A DNA stretch of 64,000 nt from Promethearchaeota archaeon (GTDB lineage Archaea > Asgardarchaeota > Hermodarchaeia > Hermodarchaeales > Hermodarchaeaceae), in contig JBHLPH010000005.1 in the NCBI GenBank assembly GCA_048939625.1, forward strand, positions 1-64,000, read 5' to 3'. The notes under the pieces were generated by a model. That model was not told the DNA's origin. It saw only the letters and a list, made by a program, of their open reading frames with translations, and did not search any database. Both the position numbers and the translations under genes were made by a program. Shown here piece by piece: positions 9,381-18,560 of the stretch (position 1 is its first letter; every line of letters begins with the position of its first letter).

Positions 9381-10952
9381 TTACCCACTCGATTCCTCAG
9401 CAACCCGAGTTGTGTCAGGGATAACTGCGGCCTTATCAATTCGTTCTTGGGTCTGAGCAGGAATTTCTGCGGGAATTGGCAACTCTGGAATCCCAGCCTC
9501 AGGAATCACCGGAACCTCATCAGAAACTTCTCCGAGTAATTCTTCGATCGACTCGTCTTTCGGAATCGGATAGGAAAAGCCCTTACGAATCAAAATTGCT
9601 CCTGTAAGAGCTACCATCGCTGCAATGAAAAACACAATTGGAAACCCAAAGATTGGCAGCAGTTGGCTGATTACAAAGATTAAGGGAATTGAGAGAAGAA
9701 ACGCAATCGTCGGACGGAGACTATACATGCAATTTCGAATGCGGTTCGGAAAGACATCCAACATTACTCTTCCACTTAGCACCTCTGCCATTCGACCGAG
9801 AACGTCTGTTCCAACGAATACCACCCAAATCAAAACAACGGGAATAATCGAGACAATTGGTAAAACCATGAAAGGCAAAACAGTGAACGGAATAAACAAG
9901 GTGATGAACTGTGCTGCAGGTGTAGGTAAGGGGAAGATAGCCGTAATAGCTACAAGACCCATGAAGAAAGCGATACTGCCAAACTGAATAAACCGTAATC
10001 GAGGAATCCACTTCTTGGGGTCAAAGCGTTGAGAGACTATGCCACTCCGTTCCTGAGCAACCACCATAGGCGCAAACATTGATGTCCTGAAGGCAGACAC
10101 TGCAATATCACTTAATAGGTACCCGAAATAGAGTGGAAACAGGAGGATCTCCCACCAGACAATGCCGATGGCCCACATGAGCATTTCACCGACCATGGTG
10201 AAGGTGACGAACCGTGAAGAGCCCATGAATCGAATGCCATCTTTGAGGAGTCTGCCATATTCGCGGAATCCTGCTCGCTCACTTTCCTTTTTCCTGGCGC
10301 CAGGAAAATCACGAATTAGGACAAGAGCTAGGAGAGCTAAGAAGACGAAGAAGACTGCTTGAAGTTGAAAGACCCAATAGCGCCCAAGAACAAAGGCTAG
10401 CAAGCTACCAGGGATTAAGACGAGAGTTGAAATCAGTTGGAAGACCATTCCCGCCCGTGACCAAAAAACGCCATATTGTTTCCGATCCTTGTCATTGGGC
10501 ATCGCTACCCGGTAGTTGTTGTCAAACCAGGCGGGCATCGCGCCACTTTCTTGTGAAGCGCCTAATCCCATCAGAGCGTAGATGACTACAAAGACGAAGA
10601 AAGGCACATAGACAACGGCGACTGCGTAGGCGGTGAGCCAGAAGGCGATGGCATAGCAGATAAGTGCTGAGGCGAGGATCCAGCGTTGCCCAATGAGGTC
10701 CCCGAGTCCGCCAGTGGGATAATCTAAGACGACTTGTACGACGATCCGAATAATGACAAGAATACCCACCATCGCCATGCCTAATAGGAAGTCGCCACCC
10801 CCAAGTACGGTGGCAATGGATATCATCCAGAAAGTGGTTGAGAGTTGGAATGCAATGGACCAAGCGGAGCCTAATAGTAAGACCACTGAGGCAAGTCGCG
10901 TCGCTTTTGGTGACGCTTCAGTGAATCCGAGCATACGGCTATAACGGCCCAT
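9381..10952 (-). CDS. MFS transporter
   Basis: About 12 hydrophobic helices; DYPTGGLGDLIGQR motif A; SGAMPAW. Confidence 0.85.
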   Translation of the reverse strand: MGRYSRMLGFTEASPKATRLASVVLLLGSAWSIAFQLSTTFWMISIATVLGGGDFLLGMAMVGILVIIRIVVQVVLDYPTGGLGDLIGQRWILASALICYAIAFWLTAYAVAVVYVPFFVFVVIYALMGLGASQESGAMPAWFDNNYRVAMPNDKDRKQYGVFWSRAGMVFQLISTLVLIPGSLLAFVLGRYWVFQLQAVFFVFLALLALVLIRDFPGARKKESERAGFREYGRLLKDGIRFMGSSRFVTFTMVGEMLMWAIGIVWWEILLFPLYFGYLLSDIAVSAFRTSMFAPMVVAQERSGIVSQRFDPKKWIPRLRFIQFGSIAFFMGLVAITAIFPLPTPAAQFITLFIPFTVLPFMVLPIVSIIPVVLIWVVFVGTDVLGRMAEVLSGRVMLDVFPNRIRNCMYSLRPTIAFLLSIPLIFVISQLLPIFGFPIVFFIAAMVALTGAILIRKGFSYPIPKDESIEELLGEVSDEVPVIPEAGIPELPIPAEIPAQTQERIDKAAVIPDTTRVAEESSG

Positions 10953-10966
10953 AGTTTTCCACCGGT

Positions 10967-11143
10967 TGAGGAGTATCCTGTTTCCATAGACTCACTTGTG
11001 TGAGCGTATTAAAGGGGGACTCACCCGATGAGGTCACCTTTTGTGACTATTAGAATATGGTGTTGTGTCCCAGCGATGGCTCGATGACTCAATTCAATTA
11101 AAGTGAGTTCACCGCGCGACAGGATATTCTCAGTTAGTGAGAA
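10967..11143. promoter_or_regulatory. Highly structured non-coding element in the 5' region of the MFS gene (candidate cis-regulatory RNA)
   Basis: Near-perfect inverted arms TGAGGAGTATCCTGT (10967-10981) and ACAGGATATTCTCA (11119-11132) enclose several CTCA..TGAG hairpins. Confidence 0.4.
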
Positions 11144-11262
11144 CACTCTCTAATACTATGATATAAGGCTTTCTGTCAGGATGTGAAGTTTAATATCTAA
11201 ACAACCCAGAAAAAGCCCAACGCCCTTCTAAAAGCCGAGTTATTAATGCTCAAGGTGAATCG

Positions 11263-11718
11263 ATGATGACCGATAAGATTTCACAAGAAGAATGCGCCCG
11301 ACAAGTACGGAAAGTCGGGAACCAGGTTGGATTACTCTTCTACCATTTCGCCAAGACATTGGTTGACGAGCTAGGCGAAGCTGCCGGTAAAAACCTCGTT
11401 TTGAAAGCAATACACAGCTACGGTTCAGAAAGAGGTCATGCAATTCGGGAAAAAGTCTTGGAAGCCAATCTCGAGTTAACAATGGAAAATTTCTCAAAGT
11501 TTTATGACCTCCCAACGAGTGGTTGGGAATATAGTGACGAAGGAACAACCTACTGTTGCTATGCTGAAGCGTGGATCGATCGTGGAGTCGAGAACCTTGG
11601 ACGGTTATATTGCGAGGTGGACTTTGCGTTGTTAAAAGCCTACAATCCAGATCTACGAATGAAACGAGCTGGCAGCATTCTAGATGGAGATCCCTGTTGT
11701 AAAATGGAATTCGATTAA
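11263..11718 (+). CDS. L-2-amino-thiazoline-4-carboxylic acid hydrolase-like (V4R-related) protein
   Basis: LVDELGE..G..LV.KAI..YG.ERG; C.YAEAW...G...LGRLYCEVD; SILDGDPCC. Confidence 0.75.
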   Translation: MMTDKISQEECARQVRKVGNQVGLLFYHFAKTLVDELGEAAGKNLVLKAIHSYGSERGHAIREKVLEANLELTMENFSKFYDLPTSGWEYSDEGTTYCCYAEAWIDRGVENLGRLYCEVDFALLKAYNPDLRMKRAGSILDGDPCCKMEFD

Positions 11719-11734
11719 GACGGGAGCATTGAAG

Positions 11735-12289
11735 ATGACAAATAACCCACAGGTTCTCGGGATTAGTGGAAGCCCCCGTCGGAATGGAAACACCGAAACC
11801 CTAGTCCAAGAAATTCTTTCAAGTGCCGAACAGGCTGGCGCATCTACTGCATTGGTGATATTAGATGAGTTAGATATTCAACCATGTAAGGGATGTTTTG
11901 CCTGTTCAAAGACCCACGAATGTATGCAGCAAGATGACATGAATAACGTCGCGAAAAAAATGCAACAGAGTGTGGTGTGGGTGTTAGGCACACCCATTTA
12001 TTGGTGGGGTCCTTCAGCGCAATTCAAGGCATTCTTGGATCGTTGGGTCAGCATTTCTCGAGCGACTTTCCGCGGGAAAAAGGTCATTTTGGCCATTCCC
12101 ATGGGAGGTGGTTCTGAGAGCTATGCTCAACATACGCTAGCTATGTTCGAAGACATTTTCAGTTATTTGAACATGAAACACATCGCTACGGTTCTTGCGC
12201 CTGGCTCGGATCGACGTGATGCAGTTCGAAATTCACCGCAGATACTTGAGCGCGCTAGACAGATCGGAAAAGATTTGGTCAATAGTTAA
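11735..12289 (+). CDS. Iron-sulfur flavoprotein / NADPH-dependent FMN reductase (flavodoxin-like)
   Basis: GISGSPRRNGNT, CKGCFAC....C, DDM, GTPIYW; start moved to ATG 11735 after GGAG. Confidence 0.85.
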   Translation: MTNNPQVLGISGSPRRNGNTETLVQEILSSAEQAGASTALVILDELDIQPCKGCFACSKTHECMQQDDMNNVAKKMQQSVVWVLGTPIYWWGPSAQFKAFLDRWVSISRATFRGKKVILAIPMGGGSESYAQHTLAMFEDIFSYLNMKHIATVLAPGSDRRDAVRNSPQILERARQIGKDLVNS

Positions 12290-12385
12290 TCATGATGTCA
12301 ACGCGAGAGAAGTGCTTACTATGAAAGTATATTTTAATACGAATATCATGAATAGCCACTCACAGCGAGTTGGAGATTTGCAAGG

Positions 12386-12895
12386 ATGCCTATAAAGTTC
12401 GAGTTAGGATGTGAGCCAAATGAGTTTAGCCAGTATTACGCAGAAGTGCTAGAAAAAGCTGAAAATCGAAAAATCGGATTGAGGCTTTTCAAACAGAATC
12501 CCGACCAACTCATCATCTGGCGAGAAGACGCTGTAATCGTCGGTCATGCCCTGTGGCACAAAGCATCGACGGACGAACATCGAAAAGGTGACTCCCGAAA
12601 TCCTGATGATCAAGCGATGCTGCGAAAACTCTTTGGAGGAAAAATAGAGTTGGTAGAACTCCACGAAGTATGGCTAAAACAGACCCACCGCGGAAAGGGA
12701 TACGGCTCGGAGTTCTTCAAATTCTTTGAAATACTCATGCGAACAAGGGGACACACCGAAATTGCATACTATGCTTATAATCCTGTAGCCCTAGCGATTT
12801 GTCGGAAACGGGGTTATCAAGAGGGATGTTGCCTAGAACAACCAGGGTTTGAGGGAAACGTCGAACGAACGTACGTCTTTCGAATCTCCCTTTGA
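12386..12895 (+). CDS. GNAT-family N-acetyltransferase
   Basis: Motif A HRGKGYG. Confidence 0.75.
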   Translation: MPIKFELGCEPNEFSQYYAEVLEKAENRKIGLRLFKQNPDQLIIWREDAVIVGHALWHKASTDEHRKGDSRNPDDQAMLRKLFGGKIELVELHEVWLKQTHRGKGYGSEFFKFFEILMRTRGHTEIAYYAYNPVALAICRKRGYQEGCCLEQPGFEGNVERTYVFRISL

Positions 12896-13003
12896 GTGGA
12901 AATGGAACCCATTGTTGTTCAGTGTTATTAGTTCTTACGTTCAAATATTAGGAAACAAATAAAAGGGATAACTGCACCCAGCTCAGCTGCTGGGATCATT
13001 CTC

Positions 13004-13888
13004 ATGAACACTATGGATACTGAAACAGCCTGGAACGTGACTGGAAAACTAGGAAAAGACCTGGTCATTGTGCTGGGAGCCCTCGCAAATAAGAAGCGGT
13101 TACGTGCATTATCCGCGTTACTCATTCGTCCTCGATTGTTTAGTGAGTTACGTGAAATCACGGATTTAGGAAAAACCGCGTTATCCCATCACCTGGCATT
13201 ACTTGTGAAAGCAGATGTGATTAAGCAAACCGGACGAGGGCAGTATGAAATAACCCCCGATGGCCAGGCATTACTCACGGCGATTAGTTCCACGTATCTG
13301 GAATCTGACCGATACGAAACGCTGCAATCGACACGGACAAAGCGGTACATCGAGAAGATCTATGCGTTACGTAAAGAGAAGGAGATTGAAGATTTGTTTG
13401 TACAAGTAGTAGAGCTCGAACCCATGCGTGTAGCTAGCGTTCGAGCGTTTAGTGCATCACCAGAAGTTGATGCCTGGAAAATAATGCAAGCTTGGGCAGC
13501 ACCTCAAGGATTGCTGGACGATTATAACAAACACCCAGTCTTTGGATTCAATAACCCGAATCCTTCTCCAGGACAAAAGGAGTATGGATACGAGTTCTGG
13601 ATTCGAATGGGTTCCCTATTCAAGGGCGAAGGGGAAATAGAAGCCAAGGACTATGAGGGGGGCTTATTCGCTGTAACTACGTGTAAACCTTGGGAAGAAA
13701 TGCAATCCGACTTTGGAAAGAAACATGGATATTTAGAATCTTGGAAGAAGCTCGTCGACTGGGTGATTCTCAGTGAGAAATACGAGAATGATGAATCACG
13801 TCAGTGTCTAGAAAAACCCCACGATCAAGATGTCCCCTTCAAGGAACTGGTGCTGGACCTATATCAACCGATAAAAGAAATTCAGTAG
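13004..13888 (+). CDS. ArsR-type wHTH regulator fused to a GyrI-like effector-binding domain
   Basis: ALANKKRL...ALSHHL..L HTH; PMRVAS..PE..AW, FGFNNP, YGYEFW, GGLFAV, CLE. Confidence 0.8.
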   Translation: MNTMDTETAWNVTGKLGKDLVIVLGALANKKRLRALSALLIRPRLFSELREITDLGKTALSHHLALLVKADVIKQTGRGQYEITPDGQALLTAISSTYLESDRYETLQSTRTKRYIEKIYALRKEKEIEDLFVQVVELEPMRVASVRAFSASPEVDAWKIMQAWAAPQGLLDDYNKHPVFGFNNPNPSPGQKEYGYEFWIRMGSLFKGEGEIEAKDYEGGLFAVTTCKPWEEMQSDFGKKHGYLESWKKLVDWVILSEKYENDESRQCLEKPHDQDVPFKELVLDLYQPIKEIQ

Positions 13889-13898
13889 TCTTCTGGAC

Positions 13899-14411
13899 GT
13901 GTTTGAAAGGAATGTGAAAAAGATGGATGAAAAAGACATTCGTATTGTAACACTTCCCCCGATGCGGGTAGCAAGTGTAGTCGTTATCAGCGAAACACCC
14001 GAAATCCAAGCTTGGGCAAAAATGAGAGCTTGGGCAGAAGAGAAAGGTCTGCTAGGAGATTTAGAAAAACACCCTGTCTTCGGGTTTAATGAACCGCCTC
14101 CACAACAAGGAAAACGCGAGTATGGCTATATGTTCTGGATTCGTGTGGGTGATGACATCGAGTCAGATGAAGTAGTCGAAGTAAAAGAAGTTGAAGGCGG
14201 CGTGTATGCTGTAACGACTTGTGTGTTGAAAGAGGAATTAGAATCTGAATTCTTCAAAGAACGAGGAATTCTCGAATCCTGGTGGCGCTTAGGGCAATGG
14301 GCAAAGGAACAGGGGTACAAATATCGAGCTCACCCCGGTCTTGAGAAACCTCATGATCCGGATGCAGGTGCCGATCTAGTTATGGACTTTTACTATCCGA
14401 TTACAAAGTAG
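13899..14411 (+). CDS. Stand-alone GyrI-like domain protein, paralog of the upstream C-terminal domain (start may be ATG 13923)
   Basis: PMRVAS, PE.QAW, HPVFGFNEP, GGVYAVTTC, LEKPHD. Confidence 0.8.
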   Translation: MFERNVKKMDEKDIRIVTLPPMRVASVVVISETPEIQAWAKMRAWAEEKGLLGDLEKHPVFGFNEPPPQQGKREYGYMFWIRVGDDIESDEVVEVKEVEGGVYAVTTCVLKEELESEFFKERGILESWWRLGQWAKEQGYKYRAHPGLEKPHDPDAGADLVMDFYYPITK

Positions 14412-14459
14412 AGGATTTTCGCAGATGAGAAACGAGGTTAGAACGGAGGTATTTACAGG

Positions 14460-15005
14460 ATGGTGAAAGTAGATTTGACACAGCTGCAGTTTCTTGAAGC
14501 GACTGAAAAGGATATTCCGGTAATGACTGAGGTGATGACACGCAGCTTTGATGATGATTCACAACGGTTCCGTGGAGAGCCTGAAGGTGGCCCTGATGGA
14601 TACAATGATGGGCGGTTCTTTCAACAGTGGATGCAGACTGGAAAGTGCTGGAAAATTCAGCTAGGAGAACAAGTTATCGGTGTGTTCCTCATCTTCATGG
14701 ATTACCCAGAGAAAGGGTCGAATGTTCTCGGAACGATTTTCCTTGATCCGGAGTTTCAGAATCAGGGCATTGGTTCATATGTGATGGATTATGTGCACCG
14801 GACTTTCGCAGCAAAGCGTTGGATCTTAGATACTCCGGAATGGCATACGCGAAATCATCACTTCTACGAGAAACTGGGTTACCGGAAAGTTGGTGAACAA
14901 GAAGAAGTACATGCGGGGTTCACGCTTCGGATTTATCAGAAGGACATGGAGCGGGCTGTTTCTGGTGGTGGGATACAGTGCTTCTTCAGATGCATCGCGA
15001 TTTAA
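14460..15005 (+). CDS. GNAT-family N-acetyltransferase
   Basis: PEFQNQGIG, LDTP.W..RNHHFYEKLGY. Confidence 0.85.
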   Translation: MVKVDLTQLQFLEATEKDIPVMTEVMTRSFDDDSQRFRGEPEGGPDGYNDGRFFQQWMQTGKCWKIQLGEQVIGVFLIFMDYPEKGSNVLGTIFLDPEFQNQGIGSYVMDYVHRTFAAKRWILDTPEWHTRNHHFYEKLGYRKVGEQEEVHAGFTLRIYQKDMERAVSGGGIQCFFRCIAI

Positions 15006-15024
15006 TCGGTTCAATTGGTGGCTA

Positions 15025-15069
15025 GACTCCCTCATTATATAATAGGGCCTGATACTATTGGAGGGAGTC
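15025..15069. promoter_or_regulatory. 9-bp inverted repeat flanking a TATA-like box
   Basis: GACTCCCTC (15025-15033) and GAGGGAGTC (15061-15069) around TTATATAA. Confidence 0.4.
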
Positions 15070-15095
15070 ATTCTCTTTTTCCTGGGTGATTTGTA

Positions 15096-15238
15096 ATGAG
15101 CGAGGTTGTCTCGAAATGTGGTATGAAATGTGCGAGATGTCCTTGGTCTCCTATCACGCTGTGTGTGGATCGAATTGCACTGATTGTCCCATGCGTGAGC
15201 AGTTTGATTGCCCTGGTTGTCCTGTAGTTGTAAGATAA
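15096..15238 (+). pseudogene. Internally deleted Cys-rich gene (DUF3795-like)
   Basis: GGTGA RBS, then MSEVVSKCGMKCARCPWSP; a second frame gives AVCGSNCTDCPMREQFDCPGCPVVVR-stop. N- and C-terminal Cys clusters are joined out of frame near 15157. Confidence 0.6.
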
Positions 15239-15240
15239 TT

Positions 15241-16575
15241 TCACTTCATTGCTTGCCGTAACGCGTGTAGCGCTGTTGTTTCGGCCTCATAGACTTCATG
15301 AAATCGAGCACCCAATTCTTCAAAGAGAGTGGTGAGTTCACGATGAGTAAGTGGGAGTTCTTCTGAGAATTCGCTTCGAATACTTTGAAGATCCTTACTG
15401 AGAGCAGCAAGGATGGTTGATTTTGTGTCCCCATGGACTTTGAAGGTGTTGTGCCAGTTAAGGGCTGTTTGTCTTGCGTGGAGGAGTTCTGGAATATCGT
15501 CGTTGAGGGCTGTTGTTCCGATTTCGTCCCACATGATTCCTATATCTGAAAATCTGTGCGCGATAGGTTTGAGGTTGGGTTTCTTCAGAATTTCGCTTGC
15601 TTCTTCTAGGAAATCTGCGTATGATGATCGGAGGGCTCCACCATCACTGTTGTGAAAGGCGATTTGGGCATGAATACGAGTAAGTGTGTCGAAGAGCTGC
15701 CAGGGTTCGCTGAAAAGTGTCAACCACCCGGTTTTTTCTGAGAAGTTACTAATGCTGTTTGCTATTGCGTGCCAGGCTTTTGTTCGGAGATGAGCTCCAG
15801 AAATGACGGTTTTGTCGTGGAGTAAACTTTTGACACAGTCAGTGATTCCCTGTCGAATTGCTTTCTTTAAATCAGGGGCGGATTTTGGCGGACTAAGGGA
15901 AAATGCTGCGTTTTTCCAGCCTTTGATAATGCTTCGGGAGTCAGTAAGTTGCTGGACACTGATAGTTACGGGTTGGTTGCTGTAATCGGAGAGATATACT
16001 TGTTTGGTGTCCTCGTTAATGCCATATACTGTTGCCAGATGTCCTGAAATCCACGGATAGGGGAGGGAATAGTAGGGGAGGAATAAGACGAACTCGTCAT
16101 AGAGCAGTTGGGGAAACAGCTTTGGATTTGCGTGATATCTGTCACTAACTACTTGGCGAGAGTAGATACTCTGCCAAATAGATAATTGGACAATTATTGG
16201 ATTACCTGCCATGAGGGAGTCGAAGAGAAATTGGTCAGCGCGTTCTCGACTTGCTGTTTCTTTGACAGTTAATTGAGCTCCGATGCGTTTTGCGATTTTT
16301 TGGATGAAGGTTTCTTCTTTTTTCTCAATATAGTTTTTCACATGATGGAAGCGGAGATAGAGTTTGTTTTTACGGGGACGGGTGGGATCAATGCCCATGA
16401 AGGCCCAGGTGGCATATTCAGCGCCTAACCCACCTCCAATTCCCATAAGCAGGGCTTCGGTATATGCCTCTTTGCTATGGGGCGCAACAATACCATGGTA
16501 GTCCAGAATATTACGAAGGGCACCAGCTACTCTTTCTGTTGCCCCAAAATGAGAATAATCCTCAATAAGTACCAT
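15241..16575 (-). CDS. BtrH N-terminal / DUF4872 protein (papain-like fold)
   Basis: ALRNIL, TEALLMGIGGGLG, GHLATVYG, GGALRSSYADFLEEA; the usual Cys near the start is not evident (GATE). Confidence 0.7.
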   Translation of the reverse strand: MVLIEDYSHFGATERVAGALRNILDYHGIVAPHSKEAYTEALLMGIGGGLGAEYATWAFMGIDPTRPRKNKLYLRFHHVKNYIEKKEETFIQKIAKRIGAQLTVKETASRERADQFLFDSLMAGNPIIVQLSIWQSIYSRQVVSDRYHANPKLFPQLLYDEFVLFLPYYSLPYPWISGHLATVYGINEDTKQVYLSDYSNQPVTISVQQLTDSRSIIKGWKNAAFSLSPPKSAPDLKKAIRQGITDCVKSLLHDKTVISGAHLRTKAWHAIANSISNFSEKTGWLTLFSEPWQLFDTLTRIHAQIAFHNSDGGALRSSYADFLEEASEILKKPNLKPIAHRFSDIGIMWDEIGTTALNDDIPELLHARQTALNWHNTFKVHGDTKSTILAALSKDLQSIRSEFSEELPLTHRELTTLFEELGARFHEVYEAETTALHALRQAMK

Positions 16576-16582
16576 TCTCTGG

Positions 16583-17341
16583 CTACTCCGTGGTTATTTG
16601 CTTTGATTTTGCCTTGATGAGCATCACGTGGTGAAATCCCTTCTCTTCAAGGTCCATGTGAATTTTCCAACCTGTGTGTTGCACAGTGTCTTGGAATTCT
16701 TGGCGAGTAGGGAGCCAGATGGTGAACCAGGATCCAACATAACCCTGGTATCGGAAGCGAATGGTGATTTCGCCTTTGCGGCGTCCTGCGGCGAGATTTC
16801 GCTTATGAAAGGAAAGGTGGAATGGATTCGTCGTTTTTGACACATCAGCATATGACAAGAGTATTCTAGCGTTAGGTGTACCAAGCTGGTATAGATTTTG
16901 GAGTAACTTAATGGTATTGACAGGATCTCCACAGATACCAAAATTATTGAACAGAAGCAAGAAGGTGGTAAACTTCTGCTTGAAGGAAGGTAAATTACAG
17001 GCTGATCCTAGCACGATTCTTTTCAATCCACGCTTTTTGCACACGTAGACAGCGCCTTCGGAAAAGTCCAATCCAACGACCTCTAATCCTTGGTTTTGGA
17101 GATGGAGCGCATGACGACCAGCACCACACCCAATATCGAGAATCGATGACTTAGCGTGTTCAAGAAGCGCTCGTTCGTTTGCTGACCAATCATCCCATGA
17201 GCCAAAATACCTCTGAGTATTTGCGCAGTCGATATAGCCATCGTTTCGTTCTATGGAATGGTATAATTGCTCATTGGATTCGAGTTGCTGTTTGAGAATC
17301 AAGCCAAACAGATCGGGTGTTTCGGTAATATAAACTGGCAT
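16583..17341 (-). CDS. Class I SAM-dependent methyltransferase
   Basis: ILDIGCGAGRHALHLQ, GLDFS, NNFGICG. Confidence 0.85.
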   Translation of the reverse strand: MPVYITETPDLFGLILKQQLESNEQLYHSIERNDGYIDCANTQRYFGSWDDWSANERALLEHAKSSILDIGCGAGRHALHLQNQGLEVVGLDFSEGAVYVCKKRGLKRIVLGSACNLPSFKQKFTTFLLLFNNFGICGDPVNTIKLLQNLYQLGTPNARILLSYADVSKTTNPFHLSFHKRNLAAGRRKGEITIRFRYQGYVGSWFTIWLPTRQEFQDTVQHTGWKIHMDLEEKGFHHVMLIKAKSKQITTE

Positions 17342-17396
17342 TTAGTCACCTTCCAGCTGATGTAGACGATGGTGTGTTATCTATTACATAAGCCAA

Positions 17397-17945
17397 GTGA
17401 TTAGAGGTTTATATTCACAAACCCCGTATGCTTTAATATCCAGCTATAAGTATGAGTCTCAGGACCAAAACTGTGCTGAGAATTGGGATGAAATGTTAAT
17501 GATCGAAAATGAGCCTCATCAACGTATGTTTGATAGAACTCGTAAACTAACAGAAGCTGAAATTCAGTCCTTCATTGAGGATTCTGATGCTGTAAAGGCA
17601 TGGAATCACCTCAATGCGTATCTCAGCTCAAATTATGAACTAAATAGAGAGATCTTGTATTACGGAGACAAATATGGGTGGCTGGTTCGATATCGGAAGA
17701 CTAAACGGACACTTGTTTCCATCTTCCCTGAAAAACTAAGTTTCAGCTTTCTCATCGTTTTTGGGAAGCAGGAGATTGGTAAGTTCATTACCAGCCAATC
17801 CGAGTTCCAGCCGTCCATCGTTGAGGTATTTAAAAACACAAAGAAGCTACATGATGGAAAGTGGATATGGATTCGCGTCGTCGATGACTCGATTTTAGAA
17901 GACTTGAAGAAGCTTATTGCAATCAAGCGTAGCCCAAAGAAATAA
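17397..17945 (+). CDS. DUF3788-family protein (start probably later, near MIENEPHQRM)
   Basis: YGDKYGWLVRYRK..RTLVSIFPE, HDGKWIW, LIAIK. Confidence 0.7.
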   Translation: MIRGLYSQTPYALISSYKYESQDQNCAENWDEMLMIENEPHQRMFDRTRKLTEAEIQSFIEDSDAVKAWNHLNAYLSSNYELNREILYYGDKYGWLVRYRKTKRTLVSIFPEKLSFSFLIVFGKQEIGKFITSQSEFQPSIVEVFKNTKKLHDGKWIWIRVVDDSILEDLKKLIAIKRSPKK

Positions 17946-17975
17946 GATAGATAGGTTATCAAAAAAATAAGATTT

Positions 17976-18005
17976 AGAGGCTAGAAGGAAGCCTTCTAGG
18001 CCTCT
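17976..18005. terminator. Hairpin between convergent genes
   Basis: AGAGG-CTAGAAGG-aag-CCTTCTAG-g-CCTCT; T7 tract follows on the minus strand. Confidence 0.6.
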
Positions 18006-18020
18006 TCCTGGATGATGTAG

Positions 18021-18479
18021 TTATTTGTTCTGCTTATAGAGACCTTCAACGAAGGGTCCGAAGCCTTTCTTGCGGCCTTCGAAATCTTTCTTCTCTTCGC
18101 CTTGGTCTTTGCACCGTTCACACTTGAAGAACCATTCCAGTTTCTTTTTGGGATTGTCTGGCATGGTGTGTTTGACTTGGATTTTGTCTTTGTAGTTACC
18201 GAACTTTTCGATGTTTTCCCAGGGAATGAACCCTGCGAGCGCGCCGGCAGCCATGGATACTAATGTGACGTCAAAGAGACCGGATTTCGCAGCGTGAAAG
18301 GCGATGCCTTGATCAGTGACCGCGACAGAACCGGATTTCTTGTGGGCACCCATTCCTCGCTTGAGTACTTCAGCACGGGTAGTATATAGAATGGTTGCGC
18401 CGGCTGGGATGAGTTGCTGGAATCCAGGATCCAGTTGGTCTAAAGGAATGTAAAGATGTTCAGACATCGATATCCCCAT
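18021..18479 (-). CDS. Hypothetical protein, possible PH-like fold
   Basis: G.VAVTDQGIAF and FIPWENI beta-strand pattern. Confidence 0.5.
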   Translation of the reverse strand: MGISMSEHLYIPLDQLDPGFQQLIPAGATILYTTRAEVLKRGMGAHKKSGSVAVTDQGIAFHAAKSGLFDVTLVSMAAGALAGFIPWENIEKFGNYKDKIQVKHTMPDNPKKKLEWFFKCERCKDQGEEKKDFEGRKKGFGPFVEGLYKQNK

Positions 18480-18560
18480 GAGGCACGAACCGATGATGCT
18501 ATTTAAAGCGTGAGTTAACAGGGTTGAAAGCTTTTCCGGGATTGCGCTTCGCTTAATGAC

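Noticed and set aside
11072-11110. Fluoride riboswitch or SECIS resemblance (GCGATGG...GATGAC; ATGA...AA)
   Set aside because: Only fragments match; the pseudoknot or GA-quartet partners are missing and there is no fluoride exporter or selenoprotein next to it
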